From contig JAPLXQ010000010.1 of assembly GCA_026395995.1 (NCBI GenBank), forward strand, positions 69,296 to 133,295: a DNA stretch of 64,000 nt, written 5' to 3'. The notes beneath the pieces are model-generated. The model made no database searches. It was not told where the DNA came from and saw only the letters and a list, made by a program, of their open reading frames with translations. This stretch comes from Candidatus Nomurabacteria bacterium (GTDB taxonomy: Bacteria > Patescibacteriota > Minisyncoccia > Phycocordibacterales > UBA9973). Below, piece by piece: positions 10,301-18,868 of this stretch (positions are counted from its first letter, which is position 1; the number at the start of each line of letters is the position of its first letter). The translations under genes were made by a program, and so were the position numbers.

Positions 10301-10862
10301 AAGAAATGAAAATGAGCCGGAATCTGTGCATCTTTGTGAATGGCCTAAATTCGAGGTTCTAGTTTCTAGTGATGAGGTTCTAGTGAAAATGCAGAAAACA
10401 AGAGACATTGTTTCTGTGGGATTAAAAGAGAGACAGAAATCAGGAATACCTGTGCGTCAGGTTTTGGGTAGTGTAAAGGTTCTTGTTGAAAAATTAGATA
10501 CTGAATACATTGATTTAATAAAAGAAGAATTGAACGTCAAAGAAGTAATACTAGAACCTAGCAACTCGAACCTAGAAACTAGTGTCGTACTCGACACAGT
10601 TATAACCCCTGAACTCAAAGAAGAAGGGAACTATCGCGAACTCGTTCGCGCTATTCAAGACATGCGTAAAAAAGCCGGACTTACTCCTTCAGACATAATT
10701 TCTCTTTCTATAGAAACTGATGAAATAGGAAAATCATTAATTCAAAAATTCGAAGCTGATTTCAAGAAAACTATTCTAATAAATGAAGTAAAATTTGAAA
10801 ATAACAGTGGGGAAGAGGTAAAAGTAGGCGCTTTAAATTTCAAAGTTAGTATTCTTAAATAA
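7332..10862 (+). CDS. ileS: Isoleucine-tRNA ligase with inserted histidine-phosphatase domain
   Basis: DGPPTANG, GWDTHGLP, WTTTPWT, EGLDQTRGWF, KMSKS; internal RHGE...LRE...THG domain. Confidence 0.95.
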   Translation: MEEKNNTNKSEVALREEAVLEFWKENDIFQKTLNKKENPRGDYIFFDGPPTANGMPGIHHMEAQAFKDVMPRYKTMRGFHVPRKAGWDTHGLPVELQVEKALGLKSKKEIEKYGVELFNQKCKESVWKYRDEWIKSRQRMGYWVDMDNAYVTYKNDYIEALWGVVAKANDRGHLYKDFKVLPWCTRCGTALSSHELSQPGAYKDVKDLSVYVKFKIKGFENGYFLAWTTTPWTLPGNVGLAVGNDFTYVEAKVGNDILVLAKERLEMITEPYEIIAEHKGSEMIGMEYEPLFPYLKNNIESDVRTQIENLKNAFKIYGADFVTTTDGTGIVHTAVMYGADDFDLGTKVNLPKYHTVNEEGRFVAGTDFLEGRYVKEADENGKPTLAVDIIDNLTGRGLLFKKENHMHSYPHCWRCDTPLIYYARTSWYFRMSALRDQLLAGNENINWEPKHIKEGRFGEWLDGIKDWAISRDRYWGTPLPIWQKADGSYKTISSLLDLKKYTKKSGNKYFIMRHGETEANKKGIICSLPSGKWHLDEDGKRQVNETAEKYKDQKIDLIFTSDFTRTQETAEIMADKLGLNSDQIIVDQRLREIGAYSFDGKSWNEYHEYHTKTVENFNKRVNEDESYEDVKIRVTSFLYEIEEKYKDKNILFVTHGGPAWLLFAGAEGKDPKETLDMVIDKKDYHYFQNAEIKELNFTPLPHNEKFELDFHKPFIDNVVLENNGETLTRTSEVMDVWFDSGSMPYAQGHILGEEMNFSPAKADFISEGLDQTRGWFYTLHAVSNLLSDKPSNAYNNVICLGLILDANGLKMSKSRGNAVDPWAMFEKYGADTIRLWMYSVNQPGESKNFDERTVMELHRQVFGLLYNIVSFYELYRDHDLERSFLEEEHSDGKGKSLLSQNVLDIWILARLNELTKNVTENLDGYKTLEPVRAIRDFIDDLSTWYLRRSRERIKEGDKNAKVTLYYVLKNLTKLMAPFAPFASEDIYRKLRNENEPESVHLCEWPKFEVLVSSDEVLVKMQKTRDIVSVGLKERQKSGIPVRQVLGSVKVLVEKLDTEYIDLIKEELNVKEVILEPSNSNLETSVVLDTVITPELKEEGNYRELVRAIQDMRKKAGLTPSDIISLSIETDEIGKSLIQKFEADFKKTILINEVKFENNSGEEVKVGALNFKVSILK

Positions 10863-11035
10863 TTGACAATTAATTTAAAAGTAATATCATATAAGTGTAT
10901 GAATATAAATTTTGTATTAAAAACAAAGAAGTCAAAGAAACTCTCAATCGAGGGCTCTTTTGCTTCATAATTTAGATACAACTTTCTCAAGTCAGTCTAT
11001 AAGCAAAAAGTCCCCCTCGATGGGGGCTTTTGTTT
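10863..11035 (+). promoter_or_regulatory. Promoter plus putative leader-peptide attenuator
   Basis: TTGACA-17-TATCAT; 23-codon ORF 10899-10970; mutually exclusive pairings of 10947-10965 with 11001-11020 versus the terminator 11006-11031. Confidence 0.55.
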
Positions 11036-11142
11036 CGTAGTCTGACTCTTGTGTAGAAATTTTCCACCTAAAAGCCAGATTACCAAACAGTGTGCTTTGG
11101 TAAGGACTGGGATTAGTTATTTAACAATAAAATCAAAATAGG

Positions 11143-11283
11143 ATGAAAAAAATCAACACATTTTTTCGGTTTATTATGTCTTTCTTTAAAAAGAAACAAA
11201 ATAAAAAAGTAGCAACATCACAAGAAAAACCATCTTTTCATCCAAATGATCCATTTGGTGAGGGGTGGAGCGGGCAAATATAA
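11143..11283 (+). CDS. Putative 46-aa small protein
   Basis: MKKINTFFRF...PNDPFGEGWSGQI downstream of the structured leader. Confidence 0.4.
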   Translation: MKKINTFFRFIMSFFKKKQNKKVATSQEKPSFHPNDPFGEGWSGQI

Positions 11284-11465
11284 TTTTGCTCGCTTTTTCT
11301 GTTTAGATAAGATAAATTGACTTTTTATATAAAATACTTTATAATAATTCAAATTCTAAGGTTCTTCGAAAATGTTATTTTTGTTGTATTCGTTTGAGTT
11401 ACTTTGTATTCCTATATGGAATTTAAGGTAATTCAAATTAATATTAACAATTAAAACCTATAAAA

Positions 11466-12305
11466 ATGAAAAATAATACTATCGAAAAAACGGTTTTCTC
11501 TATCAATGAACTTTTAGAGAGAAAAAAAGAAAATGAAGATTTATATATTCAAGATGAATTAAGATCTTTAATTAGTGACATATTTAAAAGCCCGAAAGAT
11601 GCTGCGGAGTTCTTTTCCAAAGAAGTTAAATCTACTCTAAAAAAAATTATCTGTATGGATAAAAGTACGGGTGCGTACAGTCTATATAAGTATTTGAAAG
11701 AAAGCGATTTTTCTTTTTCTGAAGGGCTTCTCATGTATGCAATAGACAATGAACCTTATTATAACAATAATGACAGTGCTTTCGTTTATTACTTATTAAA
11801 AGCTGTGCATAAAACAGAATTAGAAAAAAGTGTAACACTTTTTGTAAATCAAACTCTTCTCTTAGAAGGACATTTTTGGGATTATAAAGAGATATTTATA
11901 AATTCATACGAGTTGCACAGAAAAAATCTAATTCCTCAAATTCCTCAAAATATAGAAAGAGAAATAATTCATTCTGTAAGTACAGGTCAGCATCATCACC
12001 GCAAAATGAAAGCAATAGCTACTTCTGTTTTCTTGGGTATACAGGGAGCAACGCCTCATATTTTAAACACTTTCCTCTCAAAAGTAAGAGAGGTGATTAA
12101 AATGAAAGAGCAAGGAGAAATTAAAGTTAACTACAACATAAATAATTCAGTTCAAAATTTGGGATTTGTTCTGTATTGTTTAACTAATGAAGAAAAATAT
12201 AAGGAGTTAAGCATTTGCCCAACTGACGGACTATTTGACGGGGACGATGTAAGAATACCAATCTTTAACACTATATATGAAACTATTAAAAAATATAATT
12301 ATTAA
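11466..12305 (+). CDS. Hypothetical protein
   Basis: 279-aa ORF with an upstream promoter-like ttgact/tataat and a downstream terminator. Confidence 0.7.
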   Translation: MKNNTIEKTVFSINELLERKKENEDLYIQDELRSLISDIFKSPKDAAEFFSKEVKSTLKKIICMDKSTGAYSLYKYLKESDFSFSEGLLMYAIDNEPYYNNNDSAFVYYLLKAVHKTELEKSVTLFVNQTLLLEGHFWDYKEIFINSYELHRKNLIPQIPQNIEREIIHSVSTGQHHHRKMKAIATSVFLGIQGATPHILNTFLSKVREVIKMKEQGEIKVNYNINNSVQNLGFVLYCLTNEEKYKELSICPTDGLFDGDDVRIPIFNTIYETIKKYNY

Positions 12306-12320
12306 TATAGTTATATTGAG

Positions 12321-12352
12321 GACGGATACGAGTAATCGTATCCGTTTTTTTT
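12321..12352 (+). terminator. Intrinsic terminator between convergent genes
   Basis: acggatacga-gtaa-tcgtatccgt followed by a T tract. Confidence 0.8.
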
Positions 12353-14570
12353 ATTCAAAATGCAATTCTAAATGCTTTTTGGAAAGCATAGTTTTTAGTA
12401 GAGGGTGGTGTATGAGGTCTGGGTCGGTGGCGATAATGTTTGTCGCTTCGAGGCGGGCGGCTTCAACCATTTTTATATTTTTTATGGCTTCCATTCCGAG
12501 GTCAGTGATGCCCCATTGTTTCGCGCCGCCTAGTTCACCTGCACCGCGAAGTGTGAGGTCGAGTTCGGAAAGTTCAAAACCATTTTTAGCAGTTTTGAGA
12601 GCATTCAATCTGTGCATAGTTTTTTCAGATTTTGCTTCTGCGAAAACATAGCAAAAAGCTTGGTGATTACTACGGATCACGCGTCCACGGAGCTGGTGTA
12701 GTTGTGCGAGCCCAAATCTCTCTGCACCTTCGATGATTATTATCGTCGCATTCGGAACATTCACGCCCACTTCGATTACAGATGTTGCAACGAGAATATC
12801 AATAGCACCCAAAGTAAAACGCTCCATCACTTCTTCTTTTTTTTCTTTACTCATCTTGCTATGAAGTACTCCGATTTCACAATCTGTAAATATTTCTTTT
12901 TTAAGTCTTTTTGCTTCAGCTACTGCAGACTTCATTGTGAGAGCTAGTTCCTTTTCCGGATCTGGTTCGTCGATACGAGGGCAGATGACATAGAGCTGTC
13001 TACCTTTGGCCATTTCTTCTTTTATTTTTTTATAAGTATCTTCTCTTTTGTCTGGAGTAATTATTTCTGTAATCACTGGTTTTCTACCTGCTGGCATTTC
13101 GTTGAGCAAACTTAAATCAAGGTCACCATAAATAGTGAGCGCAAGAGTGCGGGGAATCGGTGTCGCTGTCATTGAAAGTAGATGAGGGGCGAAGCCGTCT
13201 TTGCGAACAAGATTTCTTCTTTGGTTTGTACCGAAACGATGTTGTTCATCGATTATTGTGAGTGCGAGGTTTTTAAATTTCACCGATTTTGAAATGAGTG
13301 CGTGGGTGCCGATAAGTATTGGAATTTCACCATTAGCAGTCCATTTCAAAAGTTGAGCTCTGGAAATATTTGTCCAGCCGTCAGGACTAACCTTTGAAGG
13401 AAACTTCCGACAGGTCTTGCCTGTCAGCAAGGCGACGTTGATCGGTAAATGTTTAAAATATTTTATAAACGATTCAAAATGTTGAGTTGCTAAAATTTCC
13501 GTCGGTGCCATATATGCGACTTGGAGATTTCCGAATGTTTGAGGCTTGCCCTGAGCGGAGTCGAAGGGTCTTTGAGTAACTGTCGCATAAGTCACAGTCG
13601 CTGCGACGGCAGTTTTACCAGAGCCTACGTCGCCTTCGAGAAGGCGAGACATTGGGTGGTCCGCTTTAATATCAGTGAGAATTGTATTAATAGCATCGAC
13701 TTGTCCTTGAGTCGCTTGAAAAGGAAAACGTTCCAAGAATTCTTGCACCTTAGCTTCATCTGGATTAACGCAAAATGATTTATTATTTTTATATTCTCTG
13801 CGGTCTTGTTGTCTTTGTAATTGGATGAAAAAAACTTCTTCAAAAGCAAAACGCTTTCTAGCTGAAAGGGAATCGTGTTCATTTTGCGGTGTATGAATCC
13901 AAATGAGTGCAGTCTTCAAACTCGGTAAATGATATTTATCTAAAATGTCTTTTGGTATGTAATCGAAAAAACTATCCAATACACCACTGTTAAATATTTT
14001 TTGTATTGTATGATAAATCCACTTTGAAGTAATACCTCTAGTTTCTCTGTATACAGGATATGAAAGTCCTACTCCCTCTCCTTTATAAGGAGAGGGTCGG
14101 GGTGAGGTGGATTTTTCAGGGGGTGAATTCTTAAATAAACTCTCATGTTTATCTATAGGAAGGCTTCCAATTTTTTCAAATTCTGGATTAGTAAGATATA
14201 AACCGCTTTTACTTTCGGTAACTTTCCCTGTGAGTTTGATGTTTTCTCCTTCATGAATCATTTTTGCAAGGTAAGCTTGGTGAAACCAAATTATTTTTAT
14301 TCTTCCTGAGAGGTCTTCGATGTAAGCTTCGCCCATAGGAATCTTTGAACGGAAACCTTTTTTTGTTTTTAAATTTGTTACTTTTCCATACACTGTGGCT
14401 GTTTCACCAGCTACTAACTCATCAATTTGTTTTATTTGAGAAATATCTGAGTAACGAACAGGGAAGTAGAATAGTAGGTCGGCAACAGAAAAAAGCCCGA
14501 GCTTGTGAAGGGCTTTTTTCTGATTGATGTCGAGGCGTGAAATGTCCTCAAGTTTGTCACCTATATTCAT
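12351..14570 (-). CDS. recG: ATP-dependent DNA helicase RecG
   Basis: GDVGSGKT, DEQHRFG, MTATPIPR, QLHQLRGRV. Confidence 0.97.
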   Translation of the reverse strand: MNIGDKLEDISRLDINQKKALHKLGLFSVADLLFYFPVRYSDISQIKQIDELVAGETATVYGKVTNLKTKKGFRSKIPMGEAYIEDLSGRIKIIWFHQAYLAKMIHEGENIKLTGKVTESKSGLYLTNPEFEKIGSLPIDKHESLFKNSPPEKSTSPRPSPYKGEGVGLSYPVYRETRGITSKWIYHTIQKIFNSGVLDSFFDYIPKDILDKYHLPSLKTALIWIHTPQNEHDSLSARKRFAFEEVFFIQLQRQQDRREYKNNKSFCVNPDEAKVQEFLERFPFQATQGQVDAINTILTDIKADHPMSRLLEGDVGSGKTAVAATVTYATVTQRPFDSAQGKPQTFGNLQVAYMAPTEILATQHFESFIKYFKHLPINVALLTGKTCRKFPSKVSPDGWTNISRAQLLKWTANGEIPILIGTHALISKSVKFKNLALTIIDEQHRFGTNQRRNLVRKDGFAPHLLSMTATPIPRTLALTIYGDLDLSLLNEMPAGRKPVITEIITPDKREDTYKKIKEEMAKGRQLYVICPRIDEPDPEKELALTMKSAVAEAKRLKKEIFTDCEIGVLHSKMSKEKKEEVMERFTLGAIDILVATSVIEVGVNVPNATIIIIEGAERFGLAQLHQLRGRVIRSNHQAFCYVFAEAKSEKTMHRLNALKTAKNGFELSELDLTLRGAGELGGAKQWGITDLGMEAIKNIKMVEAARLEATNIIATDPDLIHHPLLKTMLSKKHLELHFE

Positions 14571-14578
14571 AGGGTTTA

Positions 14579-14953
14579 TTAGTTACCGATTAAATCTTTA
14601 ACCTTCTTGGTGAGTTCATCAAGAGTAAAATTGGACTTTACCATAAATTCACTGATACCGAGCTTTTGGGCACGAGCAATATCTTTTTCTTCTGAAAGGT
14701 TTGAGAAAACTATTACAGGCACTGTGAGCATTGCTTTATTTTCACGAATTTTCTCTAGAATCATAAAACCGTCGACTTCAGGAAGAAGAAGGTCTAATAA
14801 GATTAAATCAATTTTTTCTCCACCGTCAATGATCTTAAAGGCTTCTTTGCTGTTTACAGCTGTGACTAGTTCATAGCCATCCTTTTTAAGCTTGGTTGCT
14901 TCTAAACCTTGAAGGAATAAATCGTCTTCTATTATAAGTATTTTTTTAGCCAT
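14579..14953 (-). CDS. Single-domain response regulator
   Basis: ILIIEDD, LLDLLLP, VKS receiver motifs. Confidence 0.9.
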   Translation of the reverse strand: MAKKILIIEDDLFLQGLEATKLKKDGYELVTAVNSKEAFKIIDGGEKIDLILLDLLLPEVDGFMILEKIRENKAMLTVPVIVFSNLSEEKDIARAQKLGISEFMVKSNFTLDELTKKVKDLIGN

Positions 14954-14990
14954 ATGTATATTTTACTCTGATATATTTTTTTTGCAAATC

Positions 14991-15746
14991 TTAGCTTTTC
15001 CAGACCGGTACAGTAAATAAAAACGTCGCCCCTTGGCCTTCCAGTGATTCAAACCAAACTTTACCACCATGAGTCTCTATTATTTTCTTTGAAGTATAAA
15101 GTCCAATACCAGAACCCATGGCTTCTTTCTTCTGGGCCTTATCTGTACGATAAAATTTCTCAAATATTTTTCCTTTACTGTCTTCAGAAATACCAATACC
15201 AGAATCTTTTACTGAAACTTCAACAAAATCATCCTCATTTACTTTTATTGAAACAAAAATCTTTCCATGGTAATTGCTATATTTGATAGCATTTTCAATT
15301 AAATTTTGAAGCACAACACGAATTTTTTCTTTATCAGCTTTTACATGCGGAATTGTATTAATTGGTTTTAAGAAAATTAATTCAATACCACGAGCAGCTG
15401 ACTCTCCAGAAAAATCAAAAATTGTATTTTCTATAGTATCTATTAAATTTGTGTTTTCAAAAATATATTCTTTTTCTACGACATCTTCTGACTTATTGAT
15501 TAATAAGATTTCACTGACTAAACCAATAGATCTTTCATTACCCTCATAAGCTCTTCGCAAAAGAGTCTCTTGTTCAGAAGTTAATTTGCCGAGATCACCA
15601 TCGAGAAACATTTTAATAATCCATTTGAGAGCAGCAAGGGATGTACGTATTTGGTGCGCCCCAATAGAAACTATTTCTGATTTTACAGCATTTAGCTTTA
15701 TAAGTCTCTCATTTTCTTCAAGTAATTTTTGAATGTCTTCTGTCAT
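14991..15746 (-). CDS. Cytoplasmic histidine kinase (HisKA-HATPase)
   Basis: AHQIRT, NLIENAIKY, DSGIG, GSGIGL; no TM segment. Confidence 0.9.
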   Translation of the reverse strand: MTEDIQKLLEENERLIKLNAVKSEIVSIGAHQIRTSLAALKWIIKMFLDGDLGKLTSEQETLLRRAYEGNERSIGLVSEILLINKSEDVVEKEYIFENTNLIDTIENTIFDFSGESAARGIELIFLKPINTIPHVKADKEKIRVVLQNLIENAIKYSNYHGKIFVSIKVNEDDFVEVSVKDSGIGISEDSKGKIFEKFYRTDKAQKKEAMGSGIGLYTSKKIIETHGGKVWFESLEGQGATFLFTVPVWKS

Positions 15747-15811
15747 ATAAATATTTTAGCACAAGATTTGTCTATTAGATATTCTTTAAGAGAAGTATTA
15801 TAATATAGCCT

Positions 15812-16786
15812 ATGAATAAAAAAGTCTTTATAACAAGGAAAATTCCAGACCTCGGAATTACAATGTTAAAAAATAAGGGTTATGAGGTAGATGTTTATCC
15901 AAAGAATAAAATAATGTCTCAGAAGGAGCTGGTATCTGTTCTTAAAAAGAAAGATTATGATGCTGTTTTGTGTTTATTGACCGATAAAATAGATGCTAAG
16001 ATTTATAGTGCTGCACCAAACACAAAGTTGTACGTGAACTATGCGACCGGCTTTGATAATTTAGATTTGGCTGAAGCTAAAAAACGTGGAATTTTGATTG
16101 CCAATGCTCCTGCCGATTTAGCCTCAGAAGCTGTCGCCGAGCATGCTCTCGTAATGATGCTAGCTCTTGCAGCGAGAATTGTCGAAGCCGATGATTTTGT
16201 TCGTCGTGGAAAGTATAAAGGTTGGGATCCGATGCATTTTATCGGTACAGATATTTTAGGGAAAACTCTCGGTCTTGTCGGTGCTGGTAGAATAGGGGAA
16301 CGAGTAGCTTTTTATGCAAAAGGGTTAGGAATGAAAATAATCTATACTGATGTCACAAAAAATTCTAGGATTGAAGAATCGGTCGGTGCAGAATACGTTT
16401 CTTCTATTGAAGAACTTTTACCAAAAGCTGATCTTGTGAGTTTGCATGTTCCACTACTTGATTCGACAAAGCACCTGATGAATGAAAAACATTTTAAGAT
16501 GATGAAATCGACTGCTTTTTTAGTAAATACTTCTCGTGGCCCTGTCGTTGATGAAAAAGCTCTCGTAAAAGCTTTGAAAGAAAAAGTTATTGCTGGAGCC
16601 GGTCTTGATGTTTTTGAGTTTGAACCAAAATTGGTTTCTGGTTTAGCAAAACTTAATAATGTTATTTTGACACCACACATAGGTTCAGCCAGTGTCGAAG
16701 CACGCAATCAAATGGCTGAGGTCGCAGTAAATAATATAATAGATTTTTTTGAAGGAAAACTTCCAAAGAATATTGTAAATAAATAA
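15812..16786 (+). CDS. D-glycerate dehydrogenase / glyoxylate reductase family
   Basis: [26 protein letters not shown]. Confidence 0.9.
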   Translation: MNKKVFITRKIPDLGITMLKNKGYEVDVYPKNKIMSQKELVSVLKKKDYDAVLCLLTDKIDAKIYSAAPNTKLYVNYATGFDNLDLAEAKKRGILIANAPADLASEAVAEHALVMMLALAARIVEADDFVRRGKYKGWDPMHFIGTDILGKTLGLVGAGRIGERVAFYAKGLGMKIIYTDVTKNSRIEESVGAEYVSSIEELLPKADLVSLHVPLLDSTKHLMNEKHFKMMKSTAFLVNTSRGPVVDEKALVKALKEKVIAGAGLDVFEFEPKLVSGLAKLNNVILTPHIGSASVEARNQMAEVAVNNIIDFFEGKLPKNIVNK

Positions 16787-16790
16787 AAAT

Positions 16791-18218
16791 ATGAATGGAA
16801 AATTAATTATCGCAAGGCATGAAGAATCAGAATGGAATAAACTCGGCAAATGGACTGGTTCTGTGAATATTGGTTTAACTGGTGAAGGCTTTAATCAGTC
16901 CAGAAAAATGGGTGAACTCATTCGTGGTATTCCTATGGATCAAGCTTTTGCTTCAGCGCAAATCAGATCACTTGAAACACTTCTTTGTATGGAGGACGAC
17001 ATTTGTATTGATTTACCGATTACTCGATCCGATGCTTTAAATGAAAGAGATTATGGTGATTATACTGGAAAAAATAAATGGGAAATGAAAGATATTCTAG
17101 GCGAAGAAGAGTTTGATAAGCTTCGTCGTGATTGGGATTATTCTGTGCCAAATGGTGAGACTTTGAAAATGGTTTATGAAAGAATTGTGCCATACTACCT
17201 AAACACTATTTTGCCAATCTTAAAAGAAGGGAAGACCGTGCTTCTCGTCGCTCACGGAAATTCTTTGCGAGCCTTGATGAAATATTTAGAAAATATTTCT
17301 GATGAAAACATCTCTCATTTAGAAATGCTTTTTGATACTGTAGTAATTTATGAAATAAATGAAGAAGGAAAAATGGTTAGTAAGGAAGAGAGACATTTGC
17401 CAGCCATAAAAAATGATACAAAAAAGGTTGCACAAATTGTCGCAACGATTGGAATAAATTCTGGAAATAGAGAAACTCTTTTAGAATTGTTTAAAAATGG
17501 TATGAATATTGCTCGTTTGAATTTTTCTTGGTCTAGCCTAGATTGGCATGCAGAAAAAATAGCTTTAATTAAAGCTTCAGCCAAAGAGGCTGGAAAAAAT
17601 ATTTTGATTATTCAGGATTTACCAGGACCTAGAATTCAAGAAGAACATGGGCATACATATGACAAGACTACGACTTTCGATATGACAGAGCAAGATAAAA
17701 ATTTTGTGAAATTTGGTGTCGAGCAAGAGGTAGACTACACAGCACTTTCATTTGTCGGTAGTAAAAAAGAAATATTAGAATGTCGTGAACTTATAAAAAG
17801 TCTTGGTGGTACACAAAAAATAATTGCGAAAGTAGAGAGAAAAATCGCCGTCGATAACCTCGAAGAAATTATTTCTTCGGCTGATGCAGTGATGGTAGCC
17901 AGGGGAGATCTGGGCGATGAATTTCCACTTGAACAAGTTCCATTTATACAAGATAAAATTATTAAAGCTTGTAATAAGGCTGGTAAGCCCGTAATCACTG
18001 CTACACAAATGATGCTGTCGATGACAAATAGTCCGACGCCGACACGTGCTGAAGTAACAGATGTTTACTCTGCAATCTCACAAGGTAGCGATGCAGTAAT
18101 GCTTTCAGAAGAAACAGCCACAGGTAAATATCCAGTCGAAGCTGTGACTATGATGGAGAAAATTATTCTAGAAGCCGAAAGCCATATGACTAGTGATAAA
18201 AAATTAAATCTTTTGTAA
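16791..18218 (+). CDS. Fused dPGM phosphoglycerate mutase and minimal pyruvate kinase
   Basis: N-terminal [23 protein letters not shown]; C-terminal [37 protein letters not shown]. Confidence 0.9.
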   Translation: MNGKLIIARHEESEWNKLGKWTGSVNIGLTGEGFNQSRKMGELIRGIPMDQAFASAQIRSLETLLCMEDDICIDLPITRSDALNERDYGDYTGKNKWEMKDILGEEEFDKLRRDWDYSVPNGETLKMVYERIVPYYLNTILPILKEGKTVLLVAHGNSLRALMKYLENISDENISHLEMLFDTVVIYEINEEGKMVSKEERHLPAIKNDTKKVAQIVATIGINSGNRETLLELFKNGMNIARLNFSWSSLDWHAEKIALIKASAKEAGKNILIIQDLPGPRIQEEHGHTYDKTTTFDMTEQDKNFVKFGVEQEVDYTALSFVGSKKEILECRELIKSLGGTQKIIAKVERKIAVDNLEEIISSADAVMVARGDLGDEFPLEQVPFIQDKIIKACNKAGKPVITATQMMLSMTNSPTPTRAEVTDVYSAISQGSDAVMLSEETATGKYPVEAVTMMEKIILEAESHMTSDKKLNLL

Positions 18219-18220
18219 AA
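18194..18220 (+). repeat. Direct repeat copy 1 (pyk 3' end)
   Basis: tgataaaaaattaaatcttttgtaaaa; repeated at 18840-18865 with one A fewer. Confidence 0.8.
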
Positions 18221-18255
18221 CTGCAGGGCGGAGGGGAACCCTCCGCCCTGCAGTT
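18219..18255. repeat. GC-rich palindrome
   Basis: aactgcagggcggaggg-gaa-ccctccgccctgcagtt. Confidence 0.85.
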
Positions 18256-18298
18256 ATCCACTTGACTTCTATATACACTCTATATATACTGTGTGTAT

Positions 18299-18571
18299 AT
18301 GTCAGAAACAGTAATAAATTTTAAAACAAGTGCAAAGCTTAAAGCACAAGCGAAAGAGGTCCTCGATGAAATGGGACTCAATTTTTCTATTGCTTTAAAT
18401 GATTATTTAAAAAAAATAATTCTCGAAAAGAGAATTGAATTCACTGTGCCTGAAATCCCAAATGCTCGTTTACGAAAAGCTATCAAAGAATCTAGGGAAG
18501 ATTATAAAAATGGAAAATCTTTTGGACCATTTAAGAATCATGAAGATTTTGAAAAATCATTAATGTCCTAA
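18299..18571 (+). CDS. RelB/DinJ family antitoxin
   Basis: INFKT..KLK.QAKEVLDEMGL..S.A ribbon-helix-helix; PNARL..AI.E. Confidence 0.85.
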   Translation: MSETVINFKTSAKLKAQAKEVLDEMGLNFSIALNDYLKKIILEKRIEFTVPEIPNARLRKAIKESREDYKNGKSFGPFKNHEDFEKSLMS

Positions 18572-18575
18572 ATTT

Positions 18576-18839
18576 ATGCTTAATGCTATTTTCTCTAAAA
18601 ACTTTAAAAAATCTTTCAAAAAGAAAGATAAAATTATTCAAGAAAAAGTAAAAATACGCATTAGACTCTTTAGAGAAGATCCAAATAATTTAATTTTAAA
18701 TAATCATAAACTTTCAGGTGAGTATGAGGGTTGTAGTAGTATAAATATAACTGGTGATTATAGAGTAGTTTTTGAATTTCTTGATAAAAATACTGTGAAC
18801 TTAGTAGATATCGGAACTCATTCAGAATTGTATGAGTAA
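18576..18839 (+). CDS. RelE/YafQ family mRNA interferase toxin
   Basis: NHKLSGEY...TGDYRVVF...DIGTHSELY. Confidence 0.9.
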   Translation: MLNAIFSKNFKKSFKKKDKIIQEKVKIRIRLFREDPNNLILNNHKLSGEYEGCSSINITGDYRVVFEFLDKNTVNLVDIGTHSELYE

Positions 18840-18865
18840 TGATAAAAATTAAATCTTTTGTAAAA
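18840..18865 (+). repeat. Direct repeat copy 2 (before eno)
   Basis: tgataaaaattaaatcttttgtaaaa. Confidence 0.8.
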
Positions 18866-18868
18866 ATT

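Noticed and set aside
10353-10582. Short ctagaa(a/c)-type iterations in the ileS 3' region, in both orientations
   Set aside because: Few, degenerate and in frame; too weak to call beyond possible simple-repeat insertion
18254-18262. DnaA-box-like ttatccact (also tttccaca near 33614) as an origin signal
   Set aside because: Isolated imperfect boxes with no cluster or dnaA context
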